A DNA stretch of 64,000 nucleotides from Felis catus (Eukaryota). The notes under the pieces are model-generated. The model saw only the letters and a list, made by a program, of their open reading frames with translations. It made no database searches and was not told the origin of the DNA. The position numbers and the translations under genes were made by a program. The DNA lies in the NCBI RefSeq assembly GCF_018350175.1, contig NC_058368.1, positions 66,404,001 to 66,468,000 of the forward strand. Reading direction: 5' to 3'. This document shows positions 26,424 to 40,272 of this stretch, piece by piece. Each line of letters opens with the position of its first letter. The first letter of the stretch is position 1.

Positions 26424-26662
26424 ATTTTATTTTATTTTATTTTTTAATGCTTATTTATTTTTGAGACAGAGAGAGACAGAGCATGAATGGAGGAGGGTCA
26501 GAGAGAGGGAGACAGAGAATCTGAAGCAGGCTCCAGGCTCTGAGCTGTCAGCACAGAGCTGGACGCGGGGGCTCGAACCCACGGACTGTCAAACCCACAG
26601 ACTGAGATCATGACCTGAGCTGAAGTTGGATGCTTAAAATGACTGAGCCACCCAGGTGCCCC
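26424..26662 (-). mobile_element. Can-SINE with internal duplication
   Basis: Reverse SINE with TSD aacaa(t/c)atttatttta. Confidence 0.92.
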
Positions 26663-27249
26663 AACAACATTTATTTTAATTTGCTCTTTGGATAAATAGA
26701 CAGAGGTATAGTCAAAATATACTCACCAACATGAAAGATGGCATTGATTTTTAAAACACCAATTTGTAACATATTAACAATAAGACATGGAGGGTTGTTT
26801 GCAGCTCGAGAGCCACCAAGATGCACCCACGTGTTTGTCTATTCAAACAGACATTCACCCTTCATTTAGTACAGATGCATTTCCATTCCGTAGACACATT
26901 TACTTGTTTACGTAAACAGACAGCCGAATGTATTTTGTTGGCTCATCAATGCGGCACACGGTGAAGCCAGGAGGGATTAGACGCCTGCCTTTACAGCTTG
27001 CTTAAGGAGTTCGTCCACTTGCCTACCTCGAAACATAAAGTAGAGCAAGAAAATGGAAATGTACCCCGTGAGCGCTCACGTTCAGACAGAAGCAGGAAGA
27101 CAGACTGATTCAAGGCAAGCGTTAGAATATTTACCTTGGATGAAGCCACCTGCTTTTCAATAGGAAAAAGCATCCGTGGGTTTTTTTTTTTTTAAAAAAA
27201 GGGGGAAAATGACTTAGAAAGTCGTAGTCATCCGTTCTTTCAAAAGACA

Positions 27250-27575
27250 CGTAATGAGCAATCCATTGTGTGCCAGACACGGTTCTGGGTGCCAGAGCAA
27301 GCCACCAAGACTTCTGCTCCCACACAACTTACATCCTAGTGGGGGAGGGACAGACAACACGTAAGTGAAAGCAAACAAGATGGCATCAGAAAGTGAATTA
27401 GAATGGGAAACGGGACAGTGACTAGGAGGAGACTCTCCTGCAGCCCAGCGGTCCAGGAGAGAGTCCCCAGGTGATACTCAAGCTGTGATCTCATGACAGG
27501 AGGCAGACAGCCATGTGCAGACCTGGGTACAGAGAGTTCCAGGCAGAGAACTATCAAAGGCAAACATCTCTGCCA
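27250..27575 (-). mobile_element. L2 fragment
   Basis: tgtgccagacacggttctgggtgc...acttacatcctagtggggg...gttccaggcagagaa. Confidence 0.6.
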
Positions 27576-28556
27576 GGAATGATCTTTGGGTACTTCCGCG
27601 TGGCTGGGGACTAGGAAGCGAGCTGTCGGGTGGTGGGAAATGGTTGAAAAGCTAAATAGCAGCCATATTAAGCTGAATGGCCAAAGTCACGGCCCTTTAC
27701 CACCTGGTAAAGCCAAAACCCTACAAGGATCCATCCCTGCAAGAGCAGGCCTGCTGGTGGCACTCACGAGTATTTCAAGGCACATTTTAGCAAGGAACTA
27801 TGCTAAGATCTTTATGTACTTGATCTTTATAGGATCTCTATGAAGTAGGAATAACAATGCCCATTTTATACTAAAATGAAGCACAGTGAGCTTAATTAAC
27901 TTGCCTAGTCACAAAGGTGAGGCCATATGAACCGAGATCTGTAATAACTAGGGAGAAAAATAGCAGTATGTAAGGACAATTTGGGTTTTTTATTTTAAGT
28001 GCAAGAAAATTATCCAAGGGTATTGTTCTGAGAATTGGCAACAAGTGTTTAAACAGGAAACCATAGATGTTTACTTGCTCGGAGGGCATATATTAAAAAT
28101 TTTGCGCTGAGATGCGGTGCCACTGAGTTGCATTCTGTCTTCTATTTTTTCAAAATTAAAGTCCAAGTTAATAAACTACTGATTCGGAGTTCTTGTGAAC
28201 TTAAGGCCACGTGAACCAAAGTGTGATGCCGAGGGCAGGAACGCGTGTATCAAATCTGCTTTCGCTCTGTCAGTGTGGCTTACACATCATATTCACGGAC
28301 AGCAAACCATCCACAGTGCTTAGCCCAGTTCTCAGGGCCTCCTCCCATACATTAGCCTTGTCTACCATTTATTTATCTGTGTAGGCGGTCAAGTGAACCC
28401 TAAACATAAATCAAAACAATCTAACAATTAGTTCAAACAGTTTGGCTGCTTTGTTCACTAAACTGACTGTTAATAGATCTTGCAAAGTTTATGACATCAA
28501 AGATCCAGCCAAATCAAAGTCCTGGCAATCGTTTTCACAGTTAAAATGAAGACCAG

Positions 28557-28724
28557 ATCTCCTGGGTGTCTCAGTCGGGTAAGCCTCTGACTTCAGCTCC
28601 GGTCATGATCTCAGGATTCATGAGTTCGGGCTCTGCATCGGCTCGCTGCTCTCAGCACAAAGATCCCACTTCAGATCCTCTGTCCCCCCTTCTCTCTCTG
28701 CCCCTCCCCTGCTGGTTCTCTCTC

Positions 28725-28767
<43 letters not shown>

Positions 28768-28800
28768 AAATAAATAAATAAGTAAACTTTAAAAAAGAAA
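28557..28800 (+). mobile_element. Can-SINE with expanded (CT)n
   Basis: cctgggtgtctcagtcgggtaag head, (CT)n tract and (TAAA)n tail. Confidence 0.88.
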
Positions 28801-29984
28801 GAAAGAAATACCCATAGACAAGATACCCTTGTGCCTTTCTTCTTCATAGAACCGAAGCTCCTTTTATCGTGGGATCCCACCACTTCCCACTGCCCTCCTT
28901 ATGAGAGAACTGGGGTTATTGATTACAGATTTTTACGCCTCTTAAAAAGGTACTTTTTCGACATCTCATAATGCTAAGCGAATGTCAAATCAGAGGGTTT
29001 TGTCTACAAACCCTGCTTCTCTTTCAAGATATAAAATACCTTACTTTTACATAAAGCATTTCACCCAAATGACAGCTTTAATCTTTTCCATGCCTCCATG
29101 AAGTAGACAGGAATTACTACCCTTATTTTATAGATCAGAGAAGCTACCTTGGTCTTCTCAGTAGGTCTACTCTGTCCCTTTTTTCTTTTACTTTGTCCCA
29201 CACCTAGTCTACCCAAATCTTAAAGGATCTGATGTAAATCATTTGAGCTTTTATCAACCTCTTGCTAATTTATAGAACCAGCCCAGTAGCTCAGCCGCAG
29301 GAACCTGAGTCTGGTAGAATGATACCCTAACAGTCTTTTAATTCATCTCTGGTCCTGAGTCACATATTGTGAATTGGTACATACTGAGTCCCTGCACGTG
29401 AAAAATTAGATGTCCCCAAATTATATCAAGCCAAAGAAATGTCACCGGAACAGCTTTATTAAAAGCTTGTTAGTGACATAGTACTGATTTTATTGGGTTT
29501 TGTTTGTTTGAACCACTGCACGTGAATAAGCATGTTAAGGCTACTTTTCTATGCCAAAGATAAGCCCAGGTTCTATGCATTTGTTTGTTTTTGAGTGTGA
29601 GGGGCTTTGTTTTAATTTTAAAAAGACTATATTTTACATTGAGTGTTGTGTCCATAGATGGAGAGCAGAGCCATGAGAAATGTGCAAGCAAAATGATTTC
29701 TCTAGAAAAGAAATAAAAAAGACTTTCCTACATCCAAAATCTTTCTTCCCTTGAAGCAGTCTTATGATCTTTCCCCTCCTTGTGCCTCACGAGCAGGGAG
29801 GGTGGTGTAGCTTGGTGGAGGAGGTAAAATGAAGAAAGAGAAAAGAATAGAAATCTAGTACCCTTGAAACACATGATGCTTCCTACATTTATCTGACCAT
29901 TTCTGAACCTTCACTATGAGTGTCCTCTCAAAAGGAAGACTCCCTACAGACAATATAAGATAATGACACTTAATGGAAAACTTG

Positions 29985-30822
29985 AAAAGAAATCACAGAG
30001 AAAAGGGCCAACAAACATATGAAGAGGAACTCAACATCATTAATCGACAGGGAAATGAAAACACCACAATGAGCTGCCACCTCACACACAGGAGGATGGC
30101 CACTATCCAAAAAAATGAAATGAAATGAAATGAAATGAAATAAAATAACAATGTTGGTGATGATGCAGGGAAATTGGAATCCTTGTGCACTGTTGGTGGG
30201 AAAGGAAAGTGATGCAGCCACCATAGAAGACAGTATGGAAAAAAAGTATGGTTTTTTTTCTCCCCTCAAAGAACAAAACATGGTAATTCTAGCAACACCA
30301 CTCAAAATTGAAAACAGGATCTTGAAGAGATATTAACTCTCTCATGTCCATTGCAGCGTTATTGACTATAGCCAAGAGTAACTGCAACCTCAATGCTCAT
30401 CAATGGGTGGACAGATTTAAAAAATGTGTTACATCCATACAGCAGGATACTAGTCAGCCTTAAAAAAGAAGGAAATCCCATCGCACATACAACACGGATG
30501 AACCTTGAGGACAGTACGCTAGGTGAAATAAGCCAGTCACAATAAGATGAATACCACACGATTCTACTTTTAGAAGGCGTCTAACTCTGTCCAGCTCTTA
30601 CAAACAGGAAATTGAATACTGGGTGCCTGGGGCTGGGGAAAGGGCAAAGGAGAGTTGTTATCCAATGAACACAGAGTTTAAGTCCTGCAGTATGAAAAGG
30701 TTCCAAGGGTCTGTTGCACAACGATGTCCATATAGTTAACACTACCGCATACTTAAAAATTAAGATGAGAAACTTTATGTTGTGTATTTTTTACCACAAT
30801 AAAGATAAATAAGTAAATAAAT
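29985..30822 (+). mobile_element. Old L1 3' region (L1M)
   Basis: ggccaacaaacatatgaagaggaactcaacatcattaat...tgtattttttaccacaataaag. Confidence 0.82.
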
Positions 30823-32664
30823 CAGAATACACGTGCCCTGTTCCCCCAAAGCCCAGGGTTTGGTGTAAGGGTGGGAACACCAAGCAAACTCATACCAGCT
30901 GACTGTACAACCACTATGATAAGTGTTGTGATAAAGGCTTCCAGCAAGCACCATGCAAGCGAGGAGAAAGGCAAAGGGGTACAGTGGAAAGAGAACTGGT
31001 TAACAAAGGAGAAAAGAAATCACAGAGGAACTACAGTACGTTGAATGAATAAATACCCTTCTCCAGTCACGAGACATAAATAAATAAATAATTGTCCAAG
31101 ATGATCTTGTTGTCTCAGTATAATAATTAACAGCACCCTTTTTACCAGGGTTGCCATGGTTTGAATGATAAATTATATGGTCACCCCACGTATGAATACT
31201 GGCTATTCACAAGATCACTTTACATGGAAACATATATGACACCTTATAATTTTTCAAAATACCCACCCGGCTGAAGAAGTCCTAGGTAATGCTATTCACG
31301 ACCAAACTTCTGATTTAAATCCACCCTGCCTACTTGTATTGAAAAACATCTGGAATCAGAATGAAGAATCCAAAAATGACTCTGACGTTGTCAACTACAC
31401 TGTATAATCCCACTCACACGTGTCCAGCTCTAAACATTGGCCAGTTTTCGTCTCAGAACGGACCATGCTTGGAAGTTGATTCCGGGTGACCTCTCTTGCT
31501 TCTTAGCAGTTTTGCCAGATACGTCAGTTGGTGCTGCCCCAGAAGTTGTATTTTCGTTCCATTTGCTGCTGCTGGAAAGCTATGATTTGAGGCATGTTTT
31601 CTTTATCTGCCAATCTTAGCTGCCCTGTAACAACTATAATCATTTTCCTTTGTGTTTTGAGTCACATGCACGGTCAATGTCTTGGCTGCTGTTGCTAACG
31701 TGGCCTTTCTCTATCAGCTTTCTCAACCTTTCTCCTGCCCTATCATGCAGGACACATGATGTTCACATCAAGTGGTACCAATAATTTCCTGTGCATTCAA
31801 TGCAACCCCATCCTTTCTCTGCCACTCAAATGAGCATACAAGAACGCAAGGAGGCTGTCGTGGAGCTAATGAATTTGTTCCCACTCAGTCATTCACAAGT
31901 TTGACTCAACTCATTCAATTCTTATTTCTAACCAACTACTTGTAACCTTTCCAATTAATTTTTACACTGGATTTATAAAACCATGCACTTTTCGATTTAA
32001 CATCTGAGAGGCCGTGTGCCAAAGAGAAAAAAGCATGATATAAAAAGTGCCACCTGTTGACATTCAACATATAAAAAGACACCTCTTAGATTGAAGGCCA
32101 CTGGCAGAAGGGAACATCATTCTTTAAGTCACTCAGCCCTTCAAATGGTACTTCAAGCTCTGTTTTGCAGAAGCACTTATTCTTAAAGATATTCTTTAAG
32201 GAGGAGTTGAGCATAAATGTATAGATTTGCACCACCAAATAGAGATGAAGGTTTCTATGGGAATTTAAAATACCATATAAAAATATTATATAAGACTTGC
32301 AAACTCTAGCCAGAAATCTAAATTCAGTTCATACATTTACATTATGATATATATTGGGAAGACATATAAGCAACCAAGATCTATTCCCTCTCCTCAAGGA
32401 GAAAATAATAGCACCTACTAAAAAATAGTAACAAAAGCAACACCAATGATACCAAGGAACTGGTACCAATGATACCAATGATATCTAGGAACTGTCCTAA
32501 GCCTTTCCCACATATTAATTCATTTTAATCTAAAAATAAATTATTCTTTAAAAAAGTAGGTTCTATACTTGTCCTGATTAGACACATGAGGAAACCAGGG
32601 CACAGGTTAGCTAAATGACTACCCAATGTCCCCTATAGCTAGAAATTAGAAGATAGTAAAAAAT

Positions 32665-33320
32665 GCTGAAGTCACTATTCATAATAGCCAAGATACAGAA
32701 ACAACCTATGCGCCCCTCAGCAAATGAATGGATAAAGGTGATGTAGTGTATATTTTATGCAATGGAATATCATTCAGCTCTGAGAAAGGAAGAAATCCTG
32801 GCATTTGTGATAATGGGGATGGGCCTTAAGGTCATTATGCTAAGTGACATAAGTCAGAGAAAGACAAATACTGTATGAGATCACATATGTTCAGTCTAAA
32901 AAAGTTGAACTGATAGAAACAGAGAGTAGAATGGTGGTTACGAAGGGCTAGGGAATAGGCAAATGGGAAGATGGTCAAAGATATAAGATAAGCCAGTTAT
33001 AAGATAAATAAATCCTGGGAATCTAATGTTGAGCATGATAATTATAGTTAATACTATATTGTATACTTGAAAGTGCTAAGAGAGTAAATCTTAAATGTTC
33101 TCACCACAAAAAAAGAAATGTGACTTGATGGGAAACAAGTAATTATGTGACTTGATGGAGATGTAGGCTAAGGCTATGATGGTAATCATTTTGTAATATA
33201 CAATTGTATCATATCAACATGTTGTACGCCTTAGACTTATGCAATGTTATGTGTCAATTATATCTCAATAAAGCCAGAATAAAAGGGAGAGAAATGAAAA
33301 AAAAAACAAAAAACAAAAAC
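32665..33320 (+). mobile_element. L1 3' end (L1MA-like)
   Basis: ctattcataatagccaagata...atgtgtcaattatatctcaataaagc followed by an A-rich tail. Confidence 0.85.
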
Positions 33321-36292
33321 CTCTGAAATCACCAGAGCTGGAAACTGTGTGGTTTCTGGAAGAGGCACATAGCTCTGAATGAATGGAGGCAACGTTCTGT
33401 CTGCTATTCAGTAGCAGAAAGGAAGGAGAAAGGCCACCTTCTGGAAATAATGATCCAGTGGGGGCTCCATTGCAGGCAAAGCACATGAAAAATAGTCAAC
33501 GATCATCTCATTTCCATATATGCTTTCACTCTGCCAGATTTTAAAAATTGTGTTTCCTGCATATACCCTGGGGTATGGGGAAAATGCATACATAGCTCTG
33601 GAAGTATATACTTAAAGCCATATGGACATGCCTATAAATATAGATGGCTTAGAATAATTGATCACATGGAGATCTGGGTGTTCTCCCCCAATTCCCTATA
33701 CTCCACAGAAACAAACAAGGCAAGATATTGACTGGCTGAGTTCTTATTCGATCTTAAGGTCTTGGTGACATCAAGATAAACCACAGTGGCTTTGCGCTGT
33801 CCATGAGATCATCTAACGTCTTGAATGAATTACAAGTTTACAATCCTCCCCCCTCTATTTATTACCTTACATACAGCACTCCATTATCTAGAGTGCTGTC
33901 GGAAAATGCCTTCCCAGCTGCTGAATTACCCTAATCACACTTCTTTTCTTACCTTGCCTGCCCTGGGCTGTGCGGTGGGGGAAGGAGAGATCGGATGTTT
34001 CGGTGACAACTAGAAGAAGGTGCTTGACATTTCTCCCCTGCTGTCAGTCAGCGTGACTGCCCAGTCACTCGCCGCTTCACACAGGCCTGTGTTACCCCAG
34101 CGTGGAATATGGCAATTTCCTAAGCCGTGGTCATTAACGTAAATACCATTTCTCCCCATAAGGCTCCCTTGAGCTGCTGTGTTCCTTGCGCTTGTTTAGC
34201 TCCTGATATTTCATGCCAGATATTTTAGAGACAGTGCTCAGGTGCACATGGCCAAGCAGCTAGACTGCGAAATGCAGTGCTCTCATCCATCAGGGGAAGG
34301 AGTTCGCTGCAGGGGTGTTGTGTTTTGTATTTGCTTTACATTCATTATGTGTTTCTTGCTGAGCCTGTCTTTCCCACAAATATTGACGACTTAGCTAATG
34401 ACCCTCTATTAACACCAACTCATGTTGGTGATGATTCATCTTCAGAAACTACTTAATGAACACTAGTAAAAGATTTTGCTTTCCGGTGATGGCAATCCTG
34501 CCAGATGTGATACTGTGTTGTTAGACAAAGGCAGTCCTGAAAAGGTTTCAAGGTAACATTTAAAAAGTAATCTTTTATTAGGTTGCCTAGCAAGATGCCC
34601 CCACAAGCCCTTAAAACACATAAGAGGTTTGAGCTCTGATAAAGAATGTGTTACCAGATGGCAACAGTAATTACCCTGTCCCCAAACTCAAATTGTATTT
34701 TCCCTGCCTTTTGCCTACAAAGTTGCCAATACAATACCCAGCTTTTCAACTGGAGCACACCATGCCATAATTCGTGCCGCACATGTATTAATGAGTGGGT
34801 GCTTTTATTAACAATGTAAGACAAGAATATTTCAATCTTGTTGTTACACCTGCTGCCTGATATAGATCATAAAGGACAAGGATAAAATTTAATTTGCAGT
34901 AACTCTTTGGAGCCAGAGTAATGCTTGCCCAGGAGTTCCCTGTCAGAGCATCTTGGCTTTTCATTAAGTACTCAGCCACTAAATTCTTTTCAACTCTGGC
35001 AGAAGCAGCCAGGGAACACTTTGGGAGCTCTATAAAAGGCATTCTCCTAATCTTCAAGCCGTTGGAAAGACGCTTTAGCATCTGTTAAAATATTTTTCTC
35101 TTCTAATCTGCCTGAAACTAATAGGGAGAAAATTCTGAGATGTTTCTTAATTAAGCAATAAGAAATGGTGGAGGGTGGTCTATGCTGAGTTAATCACAGT
35201 TGTAAAGCATGAAAAAAAGGAAAAGAGTTAAGTATCCCTAAATCCTTAGGCATCTAATTTCCCTCTGAATGTGCCTTATTGCTGTTATTAAGAAGTCTTT
35301 TTGTATTTCAGGATAGGAAAACGGAGAAAATCCAAATGGGGAAAAGCCCAAGTTCAAGGAAAGGGGGGGTGGGGGTGGGGAGGGCATGCTGTGAGTGATG
35401 CAGAAAAAGACCAACAAAATCCTTTGGCCTGGAGACCAGAGGAGTGAGGAGAAGGGAGAGGGGGCACAGCGCAGGGCTTCAGTCTGTTATCATTTAGCCC
35501 CACGGCTGCTGGGAGTAGCCGACACAACTACCTCCTTAACCAAGAAGGAGATAACAACGGGAGGAACTGCAAGGTGCCTGACAGCAGGGGACGTGCTGGC
35601 TTAGCTGAGGAGCATGAGCCAGCCTCACCTGAAAAAATTCGCTGTGGGATTCGGAGGTAGCATTCATCAGCGCACAGCTGGTGAAGAACACAGTGTGAGA
35701 GCAGAAATCTCCTCCCCCCCCCAAACCAGTTTGCAATGCTGCCTTTAAAAGCACCGGAAAGGTGAGCACCTAAACCTCTTAAACCCACTTCCTAGTCCCT
35801 ATTTTCAAACCAGGATTCCGAATCCCCACAAAGCCCTTAGCAGCAAATCCGGAGCTTACCAGCGGAGCATCTCAACTCCAACCTGCTATCTCTTCAGGCC
35901 ATTTAAGCCGGGAGTCCTGCCTCCTGTTTATTCAGGCCTGAAGCCGACCCTAGAGACTAACTCTGGAACAGTCTTCCACGTTGTTGCATGCGCTTCTCAC
36001 CCCTGTGAAAAATCTGCCCGGGCCTCGACAGACCTGACTTTACGGAGCGGCTTGTTACCAAGAGCGACAACAGCAAGGGCAACAGCTAAACCCTTATCTG
36101 CTCTGCCTCCGTAACCGTGAACTCCATCGTCACAAGAACTGGATGGAATAAGGGCCGCCCTCACACTGCATGTTGTTTATCTTTTCACTGTCATTTGACA
36201 CTTTGAGGACGCCGAAGCCTGTCAGCTGGAAATCCTGTATCCAATGCGAGCACCCCGAGCGCGTAACTGGTGTGTCCGTGCTTTCTCCTCGG

Positions 36293-36958
36293 CACGATTG
36301 ATCCCCGCGATGGGCCGATTGCGCATGCGCCACTTTGCCTCCTTGCTAAAATTTGTTGGAGCCCCCGAATGAACCCTGAAGTGCTTCAGTTGTTTGTAAA
36401 CGGTTGTTTACAGACGTGCGTGTGCACAAAGCAGTGAAAAAATGGAGTTTGGCACACGCGTCCCAGATGAGGTTGAACAAGGTGACACTCTGCTTTCTCA
36501 TTTCAGATCTACTAAAAACAACTATCCTTTTCACAGTCTATTTAGTGTTATGTGTTTCGCGTTTCTGTTTTGTTGTTTTTGTCAGTGATTTTGCTGTTTA
36601 AATGGCTGGGCAGCCTCGTGGCCAGTGTTGTGTAGCATTCCTAAACCCAAGGTGTCTGTGAGGTGTCTTGCAGAGAAATTACATGTGTTAGGAAAGCTTC
36701 GTTCAGACACGTCGCAATGTTCTTGACTGTGAGTTCAATGTTAATGAGTCAACAACTTGTATTCACTGAGAGGGCTCTACCCAGAAACACACATAAAACG
36801 AAACTGCATATTGGTCAGTTGGTGAAAATGTTGTGGCCAGGGGCTCGTAGGAATCTAACCTTGTATTCCCCCAGAGGCAATAATTCAGTATTCGCTAATT
36901 CAGTGTTTGCTGCAACTTTGTAAAACCCAACTACTGTGAATAACAAGAAATGACTGTA
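36293..36958. mobile_element. TcMar-Tigger MITE (MER82-like)
   Basis: About 660 bp resembling the recalled MER82 consensus. Ends gtgaataacaagaaatgactg|ta. Confidence 0.7.
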
Positions 36959-36977
36959 TCATCAAAATTGCTTACTT

Positions 36978-38980
36978 CAGCCCAGGACCAGATGGTCTCA
37001 CTGGCAAATGTTATCAAACATTGAAAGAAAAGTTAACACCCATCCTTCTGAAACTCTTTCAGAAAATCAAAGAAGAGGGATCACTCCCAGATTCATTCTA
37101 TGATTCTATCATTCTATCATTATCCTGATACCTAAACCAGAAAAAAAAAAAAAAAAAAAAAAACACTACTAGACAGGAAGACTACAGGCCAACATCCCTG
37201 ATGAATACAGATGCAAAAATTCTCAACACAATACTAGCACACCAAACTCAGCAGCACATTAAAAGGATCATTTGCCGTGATCAAATGAAATTTATCCCTA
37301 GCATACAAGGATGGTTCAACATGTGCAAATCAATCGATGTGATGTCACATTAATGGAATGAAAGAAAAGAATCATAGGAGTATCTCAAAAGATGCAAAAA
37401 AAAAAAAGGTGACAAAATTCAAACATCCATTTATCCATTCATGATAAAAAATACTCTTCAGAAATTAGGCACAAAAGGAACACATCGCAACATAATAAAG
37501 GCCATATATGACAAGCCCACAGACAACATTATACTCAATGGTGAAAGGACAAAAGCTTTCCTCTAAGATCAGGAACAAGACAAGGATGTCCGCTCTCACC
37601 ACTCGTATTCAACATGGTACTGGAAGTCTTAGGTACAGCGATCAGGCAAGAAAAAAGAAATAAAAAGTATCAGAAAAGAAGAAGTGAAACTGTCTCTATT
37701 TCAGACATGATTTTACACATAGAAACTTCTAAGGACTCAGCCAAAAAAACTGTTAGATCTAATCAATGAATTCAGTAAAATTGCAGGATACAAAATTAAC
37801 ATACACAAATAAGTAGAATTTTTATACATTAGTAATGAAATTTTTGAAAATGAAATAAATCAACCCCATTTATAAAAGTATAAAAAGCAATAAGTGGGAA
37901 TAAATTTAACTAAGAAGGTGAAAGAGCTGTATGCCGAAAACTACAAGGCATTGATGAAAGAAATCAAAGAAGACAAAATAAATGGAAAGATATCTGGTGT
38001 TCAGGGATTGAAAGAATTAATATTATTAAAATGTCAATACTACTGAAAGCCATCTATAGATTCAATGCAATCTCTATCAAGATTCCAATGGCATTTTTTA
38101 CAGAAGTAGAAAAATACTCCTAAGACTTATATAGAACTTTAAAAAACCCCAAATAGCCAAAGAAATCCCAAGAAAGAAGAACAAATCAGGAGGCAACACA
38201 CTTCATGATTTTAAGCTATCCTATAAAGCTATAGTCATCAAAACAGTATGGCACTGGCATAAAAACAGACAAATAGATCAATGGAACAGTACTGAGAGCC
38301 CAGAAATAAATCTAAACATAAACATTAAGGAGAACCAGGAACACTCAATGGAGAAAAGAGAGTTTCTTCTTTAATAAATAGTGGTGGGATAATTGGATAT
38401 TCACATGTAAAACAATTAAACTGGACCCATTATCTTGCAACGTACACAAAAATTAACTCAAAATGGATTAAAGACTTACTGTAAGGGGTGCCTGGGTGGC
38501 TCAGTCGGTTGAGCATCCAACTTCGGCTCAGGTCATGATCTCATGGTTCATGAGTTCAAGCCCCACATCGGGCTCTGTGCTGACCGCTGGGAGCCTGGAG
38601 TCTGATTCGGATTCTGTGTCTCCCTCCCTCTCTGCCACTCCCTCACTTGCACTCTGTCTCTCTCTCCAAAATAAATAAACATTTAAAAAAAAAGACAATG
38701 TAAAACATGAAACCGTGAAACTCCAAGAAGAAAACATGGGAATAAAATTCCTTGACATGGGTTTGGGGATGATTTTTTGGACATGACACCTAAAACACAA
38801 GCAACAAGATCAAAAATAAACAAGTGAGACTATATTAAACTAAAAAGTTTCTACACAGCAAAAGGAACCATTAACAAAGTTAAAAGACAACTTAGCTTAC
38901 AGAATGGGAAAAAAATACTTGCGAACTGTTTAGCTGATAATGGATTAGTATCCAAAACATATAAAGAACACATACAACTC

Positions 38981-39021
<41 letters not shown>

Positions 39022-39993
39022 TCAATTTAAAAATGGCAAAAGACCTGTTTCTCCAAAAAAGATATACAAAAAACCAACAGGTACTTGGAAAGATGCTCAG
39101 CATCACTAGTTATTAGGGAAATATAAATTAAAGTCACAATGAAATATCACTTCATACCTGCTGAAATGATTATCATCAAAAAGACAAGACATACCAGATG
39201 CTGGCATGGATGTGGAGAAAAGGAAACCTTTGTGCACTGTTGGTGGAACTATAAATTGGTACAGCCACCATGAAAAACAGCATGAAGCATCCTCAAAAAA
39301 TGAAAAATGAAACAACCATATAACCCAGCAATTCCACTTCTAGGAATATATCCAAAGGCAACAGAAACACTAACTCAAAGAGATATCTGCACCCACATGT
39401 TCATAGCAACATTATTTATAATAGCCAAGACATAAAAATAATCTAAGTGTCCACTGATGGATAAATGCATAAAGAAGTTGTGATACACACACACACACAC
39501 ACACACACAGGGATATAGTTCAGCCATAAAAATAAAAAAAAAAAAAGGAAATCCTACCATTTGCAACAACATGGATGGATCTCAAAGGCATGAGGCTAAG
39601 TGAAATAAGTCAGACAAAGACAAATACTGTATGATCTCACTTGTATATGGAATCTAAAACAAAACAAAACAAAACACCAAAAACAAACTCATAGAAAAAG
39701 AGCTCAGACTTGTGGTTAGCAGAGGGGATGCAGAATAGGGGGAAAGTGGTCAAAAGGTCTAACCTTCCAGTTATAAGGACAAGGGACAGAATGGACAACT
39801 TGACTAGAGCTACCACGGCTCCATGGGATATAGCCTGGTGGTTAAGAGATCAAATCCTAAGAGTTCTCATCATAAGGAGAAAACAATGTTTCCTTTATCC
39901 TTTTCTTTTTACTGTGTCTATGTGACAAGATGGGTGTTAGCTGTACATATTATGGTAGTCAGTTCACAATACATGTAAATCAAACCAAAAAAG
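36978..39993 (+). mobile_element. 5'-truncated carnivore L1 (degenerate ORF2 reverse transcriptase to 3' UTR)
   Basis: Begins at SPGPDG-coding cagcccaggaccagatgg. RT-like segments include ggaacaagacaaggatgtccgctctcacc. Many frameshifts. TSD aattgcttactt at 36966-36977 and 39994-40005. Confidence 0.92.
38485..38692 (+). mobile_element. Can-SINE nested in L1
   Basis: Full head, CT tract and A tail interrupting L1 ORF2. Confidence 0.92.
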
Positions 39994-40081
39994 AATTGCT
40001 TACTTTGTATTCTCCCTCTTAGCTGAATCTACCCAAACCTGATAACACTGCAGTGGTCCTACGGTTAAATCACATCCATTT

Positions 40082-40272
40082 GGGGGACGGCTGGGTGGCT
40101 CAGTCCGTTAAGCATCTGACTCTTGGTTTCAACTCAGGTCATGATCTCATGGTTCGTGGGCTTGAGTTCTGCACTGTCAGTGCAGAGCCTGCTTGGGATT
40201 CTATCTCCCTCTCTCTGCCTCTCTCCTGCATGTGTTTTCTCTCTCAGAATAAATAAATACACTTTGAAAAAA
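40082..40272 (+). mobile_element. Can-SINE
   Basis: TSD aaatcacatccattt. Confidence 0.9.
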
